DNA from: an uncultured euryarchaeote
Lineage (GTDB): Archaea; Thermoplasmatota; Poseidoniia; Poseidoniales; Poseidoniaceae
Assembly: GCA_937899865.1 (NCBI GenBank)
Contig: CALBRH010000057.1
Location: 1 to 34,713 of the forward strand
DNA: 34,713 nucleotides
Direction: 5' to 3'
The notes beneath the pieces were generated by a model. The model ran no database searches. It was given only the letters and a program-made list of their open reading frames with translations, and had not been told where the DNA came from. Positions 17,367 to 26,143 of the stretch are shown here, piece after piece. A program made the translations under genes and the position numbers. Each line of letters opens with the position of its first letter. Positions within the stretch are counted from its first letter, which is position 1.

Positions 17367-18866
17367 TCACGGACTCCTAAATTGTTGAAGATATGGTTTA
17401 AGATTCATTTTTTTCCTAGTATTCTCTGAGGACATATACCTAATTTTACCAAAGATAGCACGTTCAGGCCCCCATGCTCTATCATGTCTACCGAGAACCC
17501 AGAAAATTCCTGTGTATGAATTAGGGTCTCTACCATCCAAGGCATATTTGTCGTTTAATTGAATCATCCAATTTACCGCTTCTTCTGGTGTCGAAGCCCA
17601 TTCAAGAATTCTCTTACCCCATAACATCCGAAGGTAGTTATGAATTATTCCAGTCTTTAGTAACTGATTTTGCGCAGCATTCCAAATTTCATCATGGGTT
17701 TCAGCATTCTCAATTTGTTCAAAGGTATACAACAATCTCTCATCATCAGAGTGTTCAGCTAAAGTTTTCTTTGCCCATTCAGGAATAGATTCAAATTTGT
17801 TATGATTCTCATTGTTATATGCGTTGTTAAAACCTAATTCTCGCCAAGTAATAATTTGATCAAGGAAACTTTCTACACCCTCTTGTAAGCCCCACCAACC
17901 TTCTCGTGCACCCTTTCTAGACATGTCTATATGTTCAGGGTCCCAGTTATTTTGGTTGAGGACTTGCTCAACAATTTCAATGGATGAGATATGGCCAAAA
18001 TGCAGCCAAGGCGATAAGCCACTAACTGCGGGATTTTCTATACTGTTGCGGTCAATATGATATCTCTCAAGATTATTCGATAGGAAAGTGGAAAGTTTTC
18101 GCTTTGCTGTTGTTCTTCCACCTGTAGCCATCCTTACAGGCTCTACATCATGGTCGACATCTATGGCAGAAAGTGCTTTTTGACCAACCGATCCACCTTC
18201 TGAACAACGCCATAACCACTCAAATGGAGGTAATTTGACCTGACATTCTTCAATTATCGAAGAAAATAGTTCATCATTCATCATCAGATTTGAGTTGTTT
18301 GGTATTGGATTTCTTAGAGGCCAAGTTTCCGGGCATCGTGTAAAATTGGCATGAATCCATCTCCTAAATCCATGAGCAGTAGAGTGAGCACTATCTGCCC
18401 AAGACATTGGCATTACTCCGTTTGAATCAACAACATACATTTGCATAGGAACAGACTTACTCGCTGCTTCTATTGCACGGCGAGGATAGTATGTAGGGAA
18501 ATCATCGCTTACGACAATTGTTGCTCGTTGTGAAATTTGTTTCAGTAGACCTATTGGGCCACTTAATGGCGTTTCAACCCAGGGTACATATCTAACATTA
18601 TTATCTTTGAAGGTTGATATGTTCTCCACCATTCCTTGTATCATAAATGTCGTTATTCGGTCGTTTGCAAACTTATGGCTGGTAGAAATCTCCTCAATTA
18701 CCAATAGGGGGACATTGTGTTGCGTTGCTAAATCTGCGGCAAATTGCAATGAAGCATTGTAATTATAGCGTCTGGTAGCAATCATCCAATAAAGTACAAA
18801 CTCTCCATCTTCGTTAATCGGTTTATTATTGACCAATCGAACTCTGTCCGAGATGTTTGAATTCAC
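17367..18866 (-). CDS. phr: Class II CPD photolyase
   Basis: SGLSPWLHFGHIS, WRELGFN, THDEIWNAAQ, HNYLRMLWGKRILEW, NDKYALDGRDPNSY, HDRAW and IFGKIRYM are class II photolyase signatures. Confidence 0.93.
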   Translation of the reverse strand: MNSNISDRVRLVNNKPINEDGEFVLYWMIATRRYNYNASLQFAADLATQHNVPLLVIEEISTSHKFANDRITTFMIQGMVENISTFKDNNVRYVPWVETPLSGPIGLLKQISQRATIVVSDDFPTYYPRRAIEAASKSVPMQMYVVDSNGVMPMSWADSAHSTAHGFRRWIHANFTRCPETWPLRNPIPNNSNLMMNDELFSSIIEECQVKLPPFEWLWRCSEGGSVGQKALSAIDVDHDVEPVRMATGGRTTAKRKLSTFLSNNLERYHIDRNSIENPAVSGLSPWLHFGHISSIEIVEQVLNQNNWDPEHIDMSRKGAREGWWGLQEGVESFLDQIITWRELGFNNAYNNENHNKFESIPEWAKKTLAEHSDDERLLYTFEQIENAETHDEIWNAAQNQLLKTGIIHNYLRMLWGKRILEWASTPEEAVNWMIQLNDKYALDGRDPNSYTGIFWVLGRHDRAWGPERAIFGKIRYMSSENTRKKMNLKPYLQQFRSP

Positions 18867-19342
18867 AAAAATCCCTCCTTGTGTTGATGAAGTAAATAGG
18901 GGTGACCTCTTTGTTCGGAATAATCTGTTGTCGAAAATGGGATTTGATTAATGGCATTTGAAGCGATTGATTTCATCGCTTCACTAACCCATAATAAGGA
19001 ATCAAAATCTTTCTCACTGACAAATTTCACCTCATCGATTTCACTAGCGGCTTTAGGGATTTGATCGGGTAATAAATCTACACTGTAGGCAATAAATATT
19101 GCCGGGCCTAAATCGGTTAGATTCTCCCTAACTGCGTATATTCCTGTAACAACTCCATCTACAGAACATTCTTCGCGCAACTCTCTTAATGCAGCATCTC
19201 GAGGTAATTCGTCTTCATCAACATAGCCTTTAGGCAGACCCCAGTGTCCGGAATACCTTCCAGCCGACTCTTTTACTAGAAGAACTTGGGATTCATTTGT
19301 AACAACTGCTGCAACTCCTAAATCACAGCGTACGCTACCCAT
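18863..19342 (-). CDS. NUDIX hydrolase
   Basis: Nudix box GYVDEDELPRDAALRELREECSV. It overlaps the photolyase start by 4 nt. Confidence 0.92.
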   Translation of the reverse strand: MGSVRCDLGVAAVVTNESQVLLVKESAGRYSGHWGLPKGYVDEDELPRDAALRELREECSVDGVVTGIYAVRENLTDLGPAIFIAYSVDLLPDQIPKAASEIDEVKFVSEKDFDSLLWVSEAMKSIASNAINQIPFSTTDYSEQRGHPYLLHQHKEGFL

Positions 19343-19366
19343 GAATTAATATTCATACTTTAGACA

Positions 19367-19417
19367 TTATAAAGCGGTGTTTAAGGTCATATTAGAAAAT
19401 AAACATCACATTATAAG
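19367..19417. promoter_or_regulatory. Divergent TATA boxes for NUDIX-phr (minus) and ribA (plus)
   Basis: TTTATAA on the minus strand (19373-19367) lies 25-31 nt upstream of ATG 19342. TTATAAG on the plus strand (19411-19417) begins 28 nt upstream of ATG 19439. Both spacings fit leaderless transcripts. Confidence 0.6.
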
Positions 19418-19438
19418 TTCGAGAGTTAGCCGATTGCC

Positions 19439-20056
19439 ATGGAAAGTGGAACCATTGACCCAATGAAAATTGAAGCTGAAGCATTTTTACCAACAGAGTA
19501 CGGAAATTTCCGTATTAGAGTGATGGTTGACGAAAAAGGCTTTGAACATTCTATCCTTTCAGTAGGATTGGAAAATTCAAACAGAATACCTTTGATTAGG
19601 ATTCATTCAGAATGCCTCACAGGTGATGCATTTACTTCTTTAAAGTGTGATTGTGGTCCTCAATTAAAAGCCTCCATGCAAAGAATCCAAGAAGAGGGTT
19701 GTGGTGCTATAATGTATCTCAGGCAAGAAGGTAGAGGGATAGGGCTACATGAAAAAATCAAAGCTTATGCATTGCAAGATCAAGGGTTCGACACGCTTGA
19801 TGCTAATCTAATGTTAAATCACCCTCCTGATGCCAGAGATTACAGTTTCTGTGCCGAGATGCTCAAATCTATTGGAGTAACTAAGATTAGATTGATGACG
19901 AACAATCCACTTAAAATTAAAGGCATGGTCGAAAATGGTATCAGTATTGAGAATCGTATCGAGCATATCGAAGGAATAGGTTCGCACAATGAAGGTTATC
20001 TTTACACTAAGGCTAAGAGAATGGGGCATATACTCCCATTTGTTTTAAATGAATAA
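19439..20056 (+). CDS. ribA: GTP cyclohydrolase II
   Basis: LPTEYGNF, RIHSECLTGD, CDCGPQL (three Zn-binding Cys), YLRQEGRGIGL, DARDY, LMTNNP and YLYTK...MGH. Confidence 0.95.
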   Translation: MESGTIDPMKIEAEAFLPTEYGNFRIRVMVDEKGFEHSILSVGLENSNRIPLIRIHSECLTGDAFTSLKCDCGPQLKASMQRIQEEGCGAIMYLRQEGRGIGLHEKIKAYALQDQGFDTLDANLMLNHPPDARDYSFCAEMLKSIGVTKIRLMTNNPLKIKGMVENGISIENRIEHIEGIGSHNEGYLYTKAKRMGHILPFVLNE

Positions 20057-20081
20057 CACTTCTCACACATGAGGTGGAACG

Positions 20082-20549
20082 ATGACAAAAGAATTGATAG
20101 GCCAAACCGCACCCAATTTTACTCTCGATTCTAGTACTGGAGAAAGCGTTTCTCTTGCGGATTATGATGACAAATGGAAGGTGTTATTCTTTTATGCTAA
20201 AGATGGCTCTCCTACCTGTAAACGTGGCTGCTTAAATTTCAAAGAACAATATGATTTATTTCAATCATTAACACCGCCTGTAGAAATAATTGGGATTAGT
20301 GAAGATTCTGTAGAAGATCACCGTCGTTTCAAAGAAGAATTAGATTTGCCATTTCCATTATTAAGCGATCCTGAAAGAGAAGTTTCAAACGCTTATGGAG
20401 TTCCAGTTTTCTTGGGCAAATTTCCAGGTAAATCCTCATTTCTAATCGGCCCTGATCGAACAATTCACTATTGCTATGATTGGTTATTTAGGCCTCGTAG
20501 ACATGTTGCTAAAATACTGAATACACTCAGTAAATTATCCGGTAGGTGA
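20082..20549 (+). CDS. Peroxiredoxin, BCP/PrxQ-like, with a divergent active site
   Basis: APNFTL, VLFFYAKDGSPTCKRGC, IIGISED, LPFPLLSDP and SFLIG. Confidence 0.8.
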   Translation: MTKELIGQTAPNFTLDSSTGESVSLADYDDKWKVLFFYAKDGSPTCKRGCLNFKEQYDLFQSLTPPVEIIGISEDSVEDHRRFKEELDLPFPLLSDPEREVSNAYGVPVFLGKFPGKSSFLIGPDRTIHYCYDWLFRPRRHVAKILNTLSKLSGR

Positions 20550-20553
20550 TTAG

Positions 20554-21936
20554 GTGGATTGGATAGAATTATTCGAAGAAGCCGGCTTAACCGATAGAGA
20601 GGCTCGCTCACTGGTCCTACTTTCCTCCTCTAAAGAGTTGAAAGCCAGTGACTTGGCTAAAAAACTTGGAACCAATCGTCTCGATGCTTACAATTCGCTT
20701 TCAAGATTAACTCAAATCGGCCTTGTCAATGTTACTGCAGATAGGCCAATGAGATTTTCTTGCTCATCTCTTCCAGTGCTATTTAAGAAATTGATTAAAG
20801 ACCAAAAATCACGAATAGATAGAACCACAAAAGCATTTGATAACATTATGTCAGGTGCTTCGGATGATGCACTTGAATCTGACAATTCCGAAGAAGCCTC
20901 AAGTGCTAAATTTGCAGTATTGAAAGGTCGAGAACACATCCAAAAAAGAATTGGTGAATTAGCGAATGAAGCTGAAGGTCAGTTGATTTTATTCCTTGGC
21001 AGATATGGAATTTTACATTTGTGCAGGTCGCCCTCGATAGACGAAATCAACTCTGCAGCAGAACGCGGAGTGATAATCAAGGTCTTGGCTCAATTGGATA
21101 GAAGAACATTGAAGTTTTTCGACCAATTACATGATTCAATAGAAATCCGTCATTCTGATGAGGTAAATTCCTTGGGAGTTTTGAAAGACCAAAGTGATGT
21201 TATACAATTTTTATTTGTTGAACAAAATCCAGTTGGCAGAGGTAGAGAAGACGCTGCTTTAGTAGTATCTTCGGAAGTTTTCGCATCATCACATTATGAA
21301 TTCATGATGGCTATTTGGAATAGAGCTGTTGATTTCAGTAGTGCTAAGAAACGCTTTACTGAAGAAAGAATTGTTGATCCATTAAGATTAACTATTGGTG
21401 AAGGATCATTCCTCGAGCAGTTTAGAGAAGCCTTAGATTTTAGTGGTGAACTTCCCGATGAAGACACGCCGTTTAATCCTGATTCTTTCCTTGCATCTAG
21501 TAATGAAATCAATCAAGCTAGGGCAGCATTACAGGACGGGACAGTGTTTTCTCTACATCAACTCGGTATCGATATCAAAACTATGTTAAGACAAGTAGGT
21601 TATCGAATAGGGGCTGAACTCGCTTTTAGTTTACGTAATATCGAAGGACATGTAGAGTTTCTTAGTGAACTAATGGATTGGTGGGAATATGCCGGATTAG
21701 GTGAATTAGAATATGATACTGTACCTTTCTTCCATATCAAAGTAAATCTAACCCATCCACCAATTGATAAAAAAGAAGTTTTGCCTCTATGGGAATTGGA
21801 TGATGGAATCATAGAAGGTGCACTTCGCTCAAGATATCCAGAGGACAGCAATGTTAGAATCAGACGAGAAGAAGATCAAGGCGAAGATGAAATGTGGCGC
21901 TATACTTTAATTTTCATTGAGGATGATGAAGATTGA
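20554..21936 (+). CDS. TrmB-family transcriptional regulator with a C-terminal V4R-like extension
   Basis: N-terminal winged HTH (GLTDREA...ASDLAKKLGTNRLDAYNSLSRLTQIGLV...RPMRF), a central effector-like domain, and a C-terminal LRQVGYRIG...WWEYAGLGEL...GIIEGAL pattern resembling V4R. Confidence 0.8.
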   Translation: MDWIELFEEAGLTDREARSLVLLSSSKELKASDLAKKLGTNRLDAYNSLSRLTQIGLVNVTADRPMRFSCSSLPVLFKKLIKDQKSRIDRTTKAFDNIMSGASDDALESDNSEEASSAKFAVLKGREHIQKRIGELANEAEGQLILFLGRYGILHLCRSPSIDEINSAAERGVIIKVLAQLDRRTLKFFDQLHDSIEIRHSDEVNSLGVLKDQSDVIQFLFVEQNPVGRGREDAALVVSSEVFASSHYEFMMAIWNRAVDFSSAKKRFTEERIVDPLRLTIGEGSFLEQFREALDFSGELPDEDTPFNPDSFLASSNEINQARAALQDGTVFSLHQLGIDIKTMLRQVGYRIGAELAFSLRNIEGHVEFLSELMDWWEYAGLGELEYDTVPFFHIKVNLTHPPIDKKEVLPLWELDDGIIEGALRSRYPEDSNVRIRREEDQGEDEMWRYTLIFIEDDED

Positions 21937-21948
21937 GATATACATGTA

Positions 21949-23211
21949 TTGATAAACTCAAGTATGTCTTTTCAAATTATGCGAATGCTGACCTTCTTCC
22001 GGTTCATGAGACAAATCATGCGTAAGAAACCAGCTGATTTAGAATGGATTCAAAGTAAAGGTTTGATTGCTGTAAAATTAGCTCAAATCTTTGCCCTTAG
22101 GCCTGATTTGTTGGGTGAAGAAAAGTGTAAGCAATTACAACAATTATATCAGCATGCAGCATCTATTCCGCCAGAAAATTGGGAAGAAACTCTCAAGAGT
22201 AAAGCAATTCCAAACTTCTTTGACAATTTTAAAAATATAGATTCAAAGCCTCTTGCAGCAGCATCTGTTGGTCAAGTACATCGTGCGACTTTGAATAATG
22301 GAGATGAAGTAGTAATCAAATTTGTTAAACAAGCAAACGCTGTAAAATTTAGAAAAGAAGTAGACCGTATGAGGTCATGGTTGAAGATTTTTCTTATTTT
22401 TTCTCCAAGACTTAGAAAGGTAGGTAACCCTATTGCTTTACTAAATCACGTTGCTGATTATACAACTAGGGAACTGGATTTGAGGAATGAAATCTCTGGT
22501 GCCGAAGAATTAGCAAGAATACAAGCAGAAATTGCTGATGAATTCCCAACACCTAAACTGAGATTTCCGAAGTATTATCCAGAATTATCAAATGAGAATG
22601 TTTTGGTTTCAGAATTTATCGAAGGAGAATCACTTGAAGAAGGTATAGAAAATAAGTCATTAGAATGGTCTACATTATTGGAACTATTCCGTATTCATGG
22701 TGCTTATCTATTTGGAATCGGAACATTCCATGGTGATCTTCATCCAGGAAATTGTATTATTGACAAAGAAGGCAGATTTGTTTTCATCGATAATGGGGCA
22801 ATTTGCCATGCTCCCTCATTCGTCAACCGTTCATTATTCAATTTCTTTGAGCATCTTTCACGCCAAGAAATGCACTCTGCATTTATGTCATTACTTGATA
22901 TGGCAACCAAAAAGCCAACTGGCAAGAAGATGCAAAAATACCTCAAACGAATGAATGAGATATATGTCGATTTTGAGAAAAAACCTGTCGGCGAACAGAG
23001 TCTTACTAGAATCATGATGCAAACTGTTAGAGCCGCTGTTGAACTTGCCAACGCTGAGTTTGGCGAAGAAGCATTCCCTATAATTAGGGCACTAATGTAT
23101 CTTGATGGCCTAGTTATTAGAACTCATCCTGAGGCCTTACTCATAAGTTCAATGGGGCCATATCTCGATGAATTTAGAGTTAAATTAGGTTTAGATGCAA
23201 CAACGGCTTGA
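21949..23211 (+). CDS. ABC1/UbiB/AarF atypical kinase
   Basis: VKLAQIFALRPDL, PLAAASVGQVHRA, VIKF, ELDLRNE, VSEFIEG, HGDLHPGN and IDNG. The true start may be ATG 21964. Confidence 0.9.
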   Translation: MINSSMSFQIMRMLTFFRFMRQIMRKKPADLEWIQSKGLIAVKLAQIFALRPDLLGEEKCKQLQQLYQHAASIPPENWEETLKSKAIPNFFDNFKNIDSKPLAAASVGQVHRATLNNGDEVVIKFVKQANAVKFRKEVDRMRSWLKIFLIFSPRLRKVGNPIALLNHVADYTTRELDLRNEISGAEELARIQAEIADEFPTPKLRFPKYYPELSNENVLVSEFIEGESLEEGIENKSLEWSTLLELFRIHGAYLFGIGTFHGDLHPGNCIIDKEGRFVFIDNGAICHAPSFVNRSLFNFFEHLSRQEMHSAFMSLLDMATKKPTGKKMQKYLKRMNEIYVDFEKKPVGEQSLTRIMMQTVRAAVELANAEFGEEAFPIIRALMYLDGLVIRTHPEALLISSMGPYLDEFRVKLGLDATTA

Positions 23212-24455
23212 GTGATTTGATGGTCAAGAAAGCAGCCGTAATTGGCGCAGGAATTTCCGGCCTGTACACTTGCTTGCTGTTAGAAAAACATGGATATACA
23301 GTTGATTTATTTGAAAAAAGCAGTACAATCGGCGGCAGAATGGCTAGTGAAAACAAATCAGGATTCATATTGGATAGTGGATTTCATGTATTGCAAACCG
23401 GTTATCCTTTAGCAAGTTCAGTTTTTGATTATGAAAAGATGGGATGTAAAGCCTTTGAACCAGGGGCATTGATAATTAGACCGGACAAAAATAAGCCAAA
23501 GGTATGGCGATTTGCAGATCCATTTCGAAGGCCTTTGAAAGGAATTTTAGGGGTATTCAGTTTGTTCACAACGCCCCTTAATTTGTTAAGAGTGGGATTG
23601 TTGAGAATGAAATTAAGTCGTATCAAAGATGCAGATGTTTTCAAGCAGAAGTCGCAAACAACCCTTGAATTTCTTCGTTCAAGAGGTTTCAGCGAGTCAT
23701 TTATTCAATCATTTTTCTCACCCTTATTTGGTGGTATTTTCCTTGAATCTGAACTTAGGACCGATGCTCGTATGTTTAGATTTGTTTTCAAAAATATGTC
23801 ACGGGGCAATATGGTGTTGCCCAAAGAAGGAATTTCAGCTTGTCCAAAACAGCTATTTGAACGGCTAGAAAATACTACGTTGAATCTAAATTCTAATGTT
23901 TCATTACAATCTGAAATTGAATTAATTAATGAGGGTAAAAGTCTCAGCTATCAGGCTATTTTCAAAGCATTTGCGCCAAAAAAGCAACCATCTAGAGATG
24001 TTTGGACAATACACTTTGCAGCACCTAAATCGCCTTTAAGCAGCAAATATATCATGCTCAACTCAGCCTTAAAATCGGGAAACAAACTGATTTCTCACCT
24101 TGCAGTTCCATCTGATATACAGCCTAGTTATGCGCCAGAAAACCAAGCATTGGTAACTGTTACAGTAATTGGTGAAGATGCCAAAAAGCATGATTTAACC
24201 GATGGTAAAAGTGTTGAAAAATCTGTAATTGCTGAACTATCAACATGGTTCCCCAAGCAAATATCATCTTGGAAAACTATTGATATACAGTATATCGAAG
24301 CGGCATTGCCTGAATTGAGTAGTCAACATTTCGATAACTTAAACCAATCAAGTAATATGAATTTATGTGGTGATCAAACATATCATGGAAGCGTTGAGGG
24401 CGCCTTAATCTCTGCTCAAAGAGCAGTCGATGAATTTTTGAAAAATGCTGCATAG
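23208..24455 (+). CDS. FAD-dependent oxidoreductase (amine oxidase / protoporphyrinogen oxidase-like)
   Basis: VIGAGISGL, EKSSTIGGR, LDSGFHVLQTGYP and C-terminal CGD...SVEGALISA. It overlaps the ABC1 stop. Confidence 0.85.
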   Translation: MSDLMVKKAAVIGAGISGLYTCLLLEKHGYTVDLFEKSSTIGGRMASENKSGFILDSGFHVLQTGYPLASSVFDYEKMGCKAFEPGALIIRPDKNKPKVWRFADPFRRPLKGILGVFSLFTTPLNLLRVGLLRMKLSRIKDADVFKQKSQTTLEFLRSRGFSESFIQSFFSPLFGGIFLESELRTDARMFRFVFKNMSRGNMVLPKEGISACPKQLFERLENTTLNLNSNVSLQSEIELINEGKSLSYQAIFKAFAPKKQPSRDVWTIHFAAPKSPLSSKYIMLNSALKSGNKLISHLAVPSDIQPSYAPENQALVTVTVIGEDAKKHDLTDGKSVEKSVIAELSTWFPKQISSWKTIDIQYIEAALPELSSQHFDNLNQSSNMNLCGDQTYHGSVEGALISAQRAVDEFLKNAA

Positions 24456-24529
24456 GGCTGAAATACAAATCTGTTTTGTAAGATGGAAAAAAACTCTTCT
24501 TTATATGTCAGTCTAGTTGATTTAGGCTT

Positions 24530-26143
24530 ATGCAAGCGAAGACAAAACCTACCGCAATAATTGTTGGAGCAGGCCCGGGAGGGTTAGCAAGTGCTATCCT
24601 TCTCGCTTATTCTGGTGTAGATGTAACAGTGATTGAAAAAGAATCTGAAGTTGGTGGCCGAACAAAATTAGTTCACAAAGATGGCTTTACTTACGACCGT
24701 GGACCAACTTTCTTTCATTTTCCAGAAGTTATTGAAGAAATCTTTCAAGCGGTTGGCTTAGATGCTCATGAGGAGTTAGAATTGATACCTCTAACAGACC
24801 CGTCATATAGGCTGGTCTTCGGTGCTGGTGGACAAATTGATGCTACTAGTAATCTCGAATTGATGACGGAAAGAATCCGAGAGTTGTCTGGAGATAAGAA
24901 TGCTCGAGGGTTTGAAAAATACGTAAAACAGAATCGCAGGAAATTAGATTTGTCAAAAGCGTGTCTCCAAACTCCTTGGACTGGCCCCTCAAATTTGTTT
25001 ACCAAGCGTGCATTAAGAGTAGCTAAAGTCTTGAAACCATGGGCTTCAGTTGCCAGCGATTTGAGAAAGAACTTCGATGATGAGAGGATTAGATTAGCAA
25101 TGTCATTTCAAACCAAGTATTTGGGTATGAGTCCTTTTCACGCCCCCTCACTATTCACCATTCTTGCTTTCTTAGAATATGAGCATGGTATTTTTCACGC
25201 AAGAGGGGGACTTGGTTCTATCACGCCAAAACTTGCTAAGATTGCCCAAGGATTTGGCGCTAAAATCAGAACATCTTCTCCAGTTAAAGAGCTAATTTAT
25301 GACGGTAAAGCCGTTGTTGGTGTAAAATTAGAGGATGAGACAATTTTTGCAGATAAGGTCGTAGTTAACGCAGATTTTGCTCATGCAATGACTACTCTTG
25401 TACCTAATGAAAAGAGAAAGAAATGGTCTAACAAAAAGCTGGAAAAGAAAGGCTACTCATGTTCAACTTTCATGTTATACTTGGGTATGGACAAAACCTA
25501 CGATGACCAACCTCATCACCAAATTTACGCATCACAACGATATGAAGAGAATTTGAATGACATCACCAACCATAAAATTACGTGGGATGATCCTTCATTA
25601 TATGTTCAAAATGCCTGTGTGACAGACCCAGATCTAGCACCTGAAGGATGCTCAACACTTTACGTATTAGTTCCTGTACCAAATACTCATGAATCAATTA
25701 ATTGGGAGGATATCAAAGACGAGTATCGTGATATAATTATCAAGCAGATGGCTAAATTAGGTTTTGATGACGTTGCAGATCACATAGTTTCCGAAACTAT
25801 TGTTACTCCCGATGATTGGGGAGCATCAGACATTTACCGAGGAGCAGTGTTCAATCTTGCACATAACCTTGGACAAATGCTTTGGAAAAGACCTCAAAAT
25901 AGGTTTGAAGAAGCCAAGAACTTGTACATAGTTGGTGGAGGGACTCATCCAGGTAGTGGACTTCCAACAATCTTTGAAAGTGCTAGAATCAGTAGTAAAT
26001 TATTACTGGCCGATTTAGGATTAGATCCTGATTGGAATGGTGTCAGTAACTGGTTCCCTGATGTGAATAAGCCTAAGATTAAGAGCAATAAATCCAGTTC
26101 AAATAAGAGAAGTCATGCTTCCGGTGAAGGACATGCAGCATAG
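24530..26143 (+). CDS. crtI: Phytoene desaturase family (CrtI/CrtN-like)
   Basis: IVGAGPGGL, GFTYDRGPT, SFQTKYLGMSP, SCSTFMLYLG, SLYVQNA, LYVLVPVP and VGGGTHPGSGLP. Confidence 0.9.
   Translation: MQAKTKPTAIIVGAGPGGLASAILLAYSGVDVTVIEKESEVGGRTKLVHKDGFTYDRGPTFFHFPEVIEEIFQAVGLDAHEELELIPLTDPSYRLVFGAGGQIDATSNLELMTERIRELSGDKNARGFEKYVKQNRRKLDLSKACLQTPWTGPSNLFTKRALRVAKVLKPWASVASDLRKNFDDERIRLAMSFQTKYLGMSPFHAPSLFTILAFLEYEHGIFHARGGLGSITPKLAKIAQGFGAKIRTSSPVKELIYDGKAVVGVKLEDETIFADKVVVNADFAHAMTTLVPNEKRKKWSNKKLEKKGYSCSTFMLYLGMDKTYDDQPHHQIYASQRYEENLNDITNHKITWDDPSLYVQNACVTDPDLAPEGCSTLYVLVPVPNTHESINWEDIKDEYRDIIIKQMAKLGFDDVADHIVSETIVTPDDWGASDIYRGAVFNLAHNLGQMLWKRPQNRFEEAKNLYIVGGGTHPGSGLPTIFESARISSKLLLADLGLDPDWNGVSNWFPDVNKPKIKSNKSSSNKRSHASGEGHAA

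Noticed and set aside
19364-19416. ACATTATAA direct repeat as an operator
   Set aside because: It is explained by the two divergent TATA boxes.
14976-26143. Complete retinal/proteorhodopsin pathway
   Set aside because: No opsin, blh, crtY or crtE is present in the window. Only crtB and crtI are supported.
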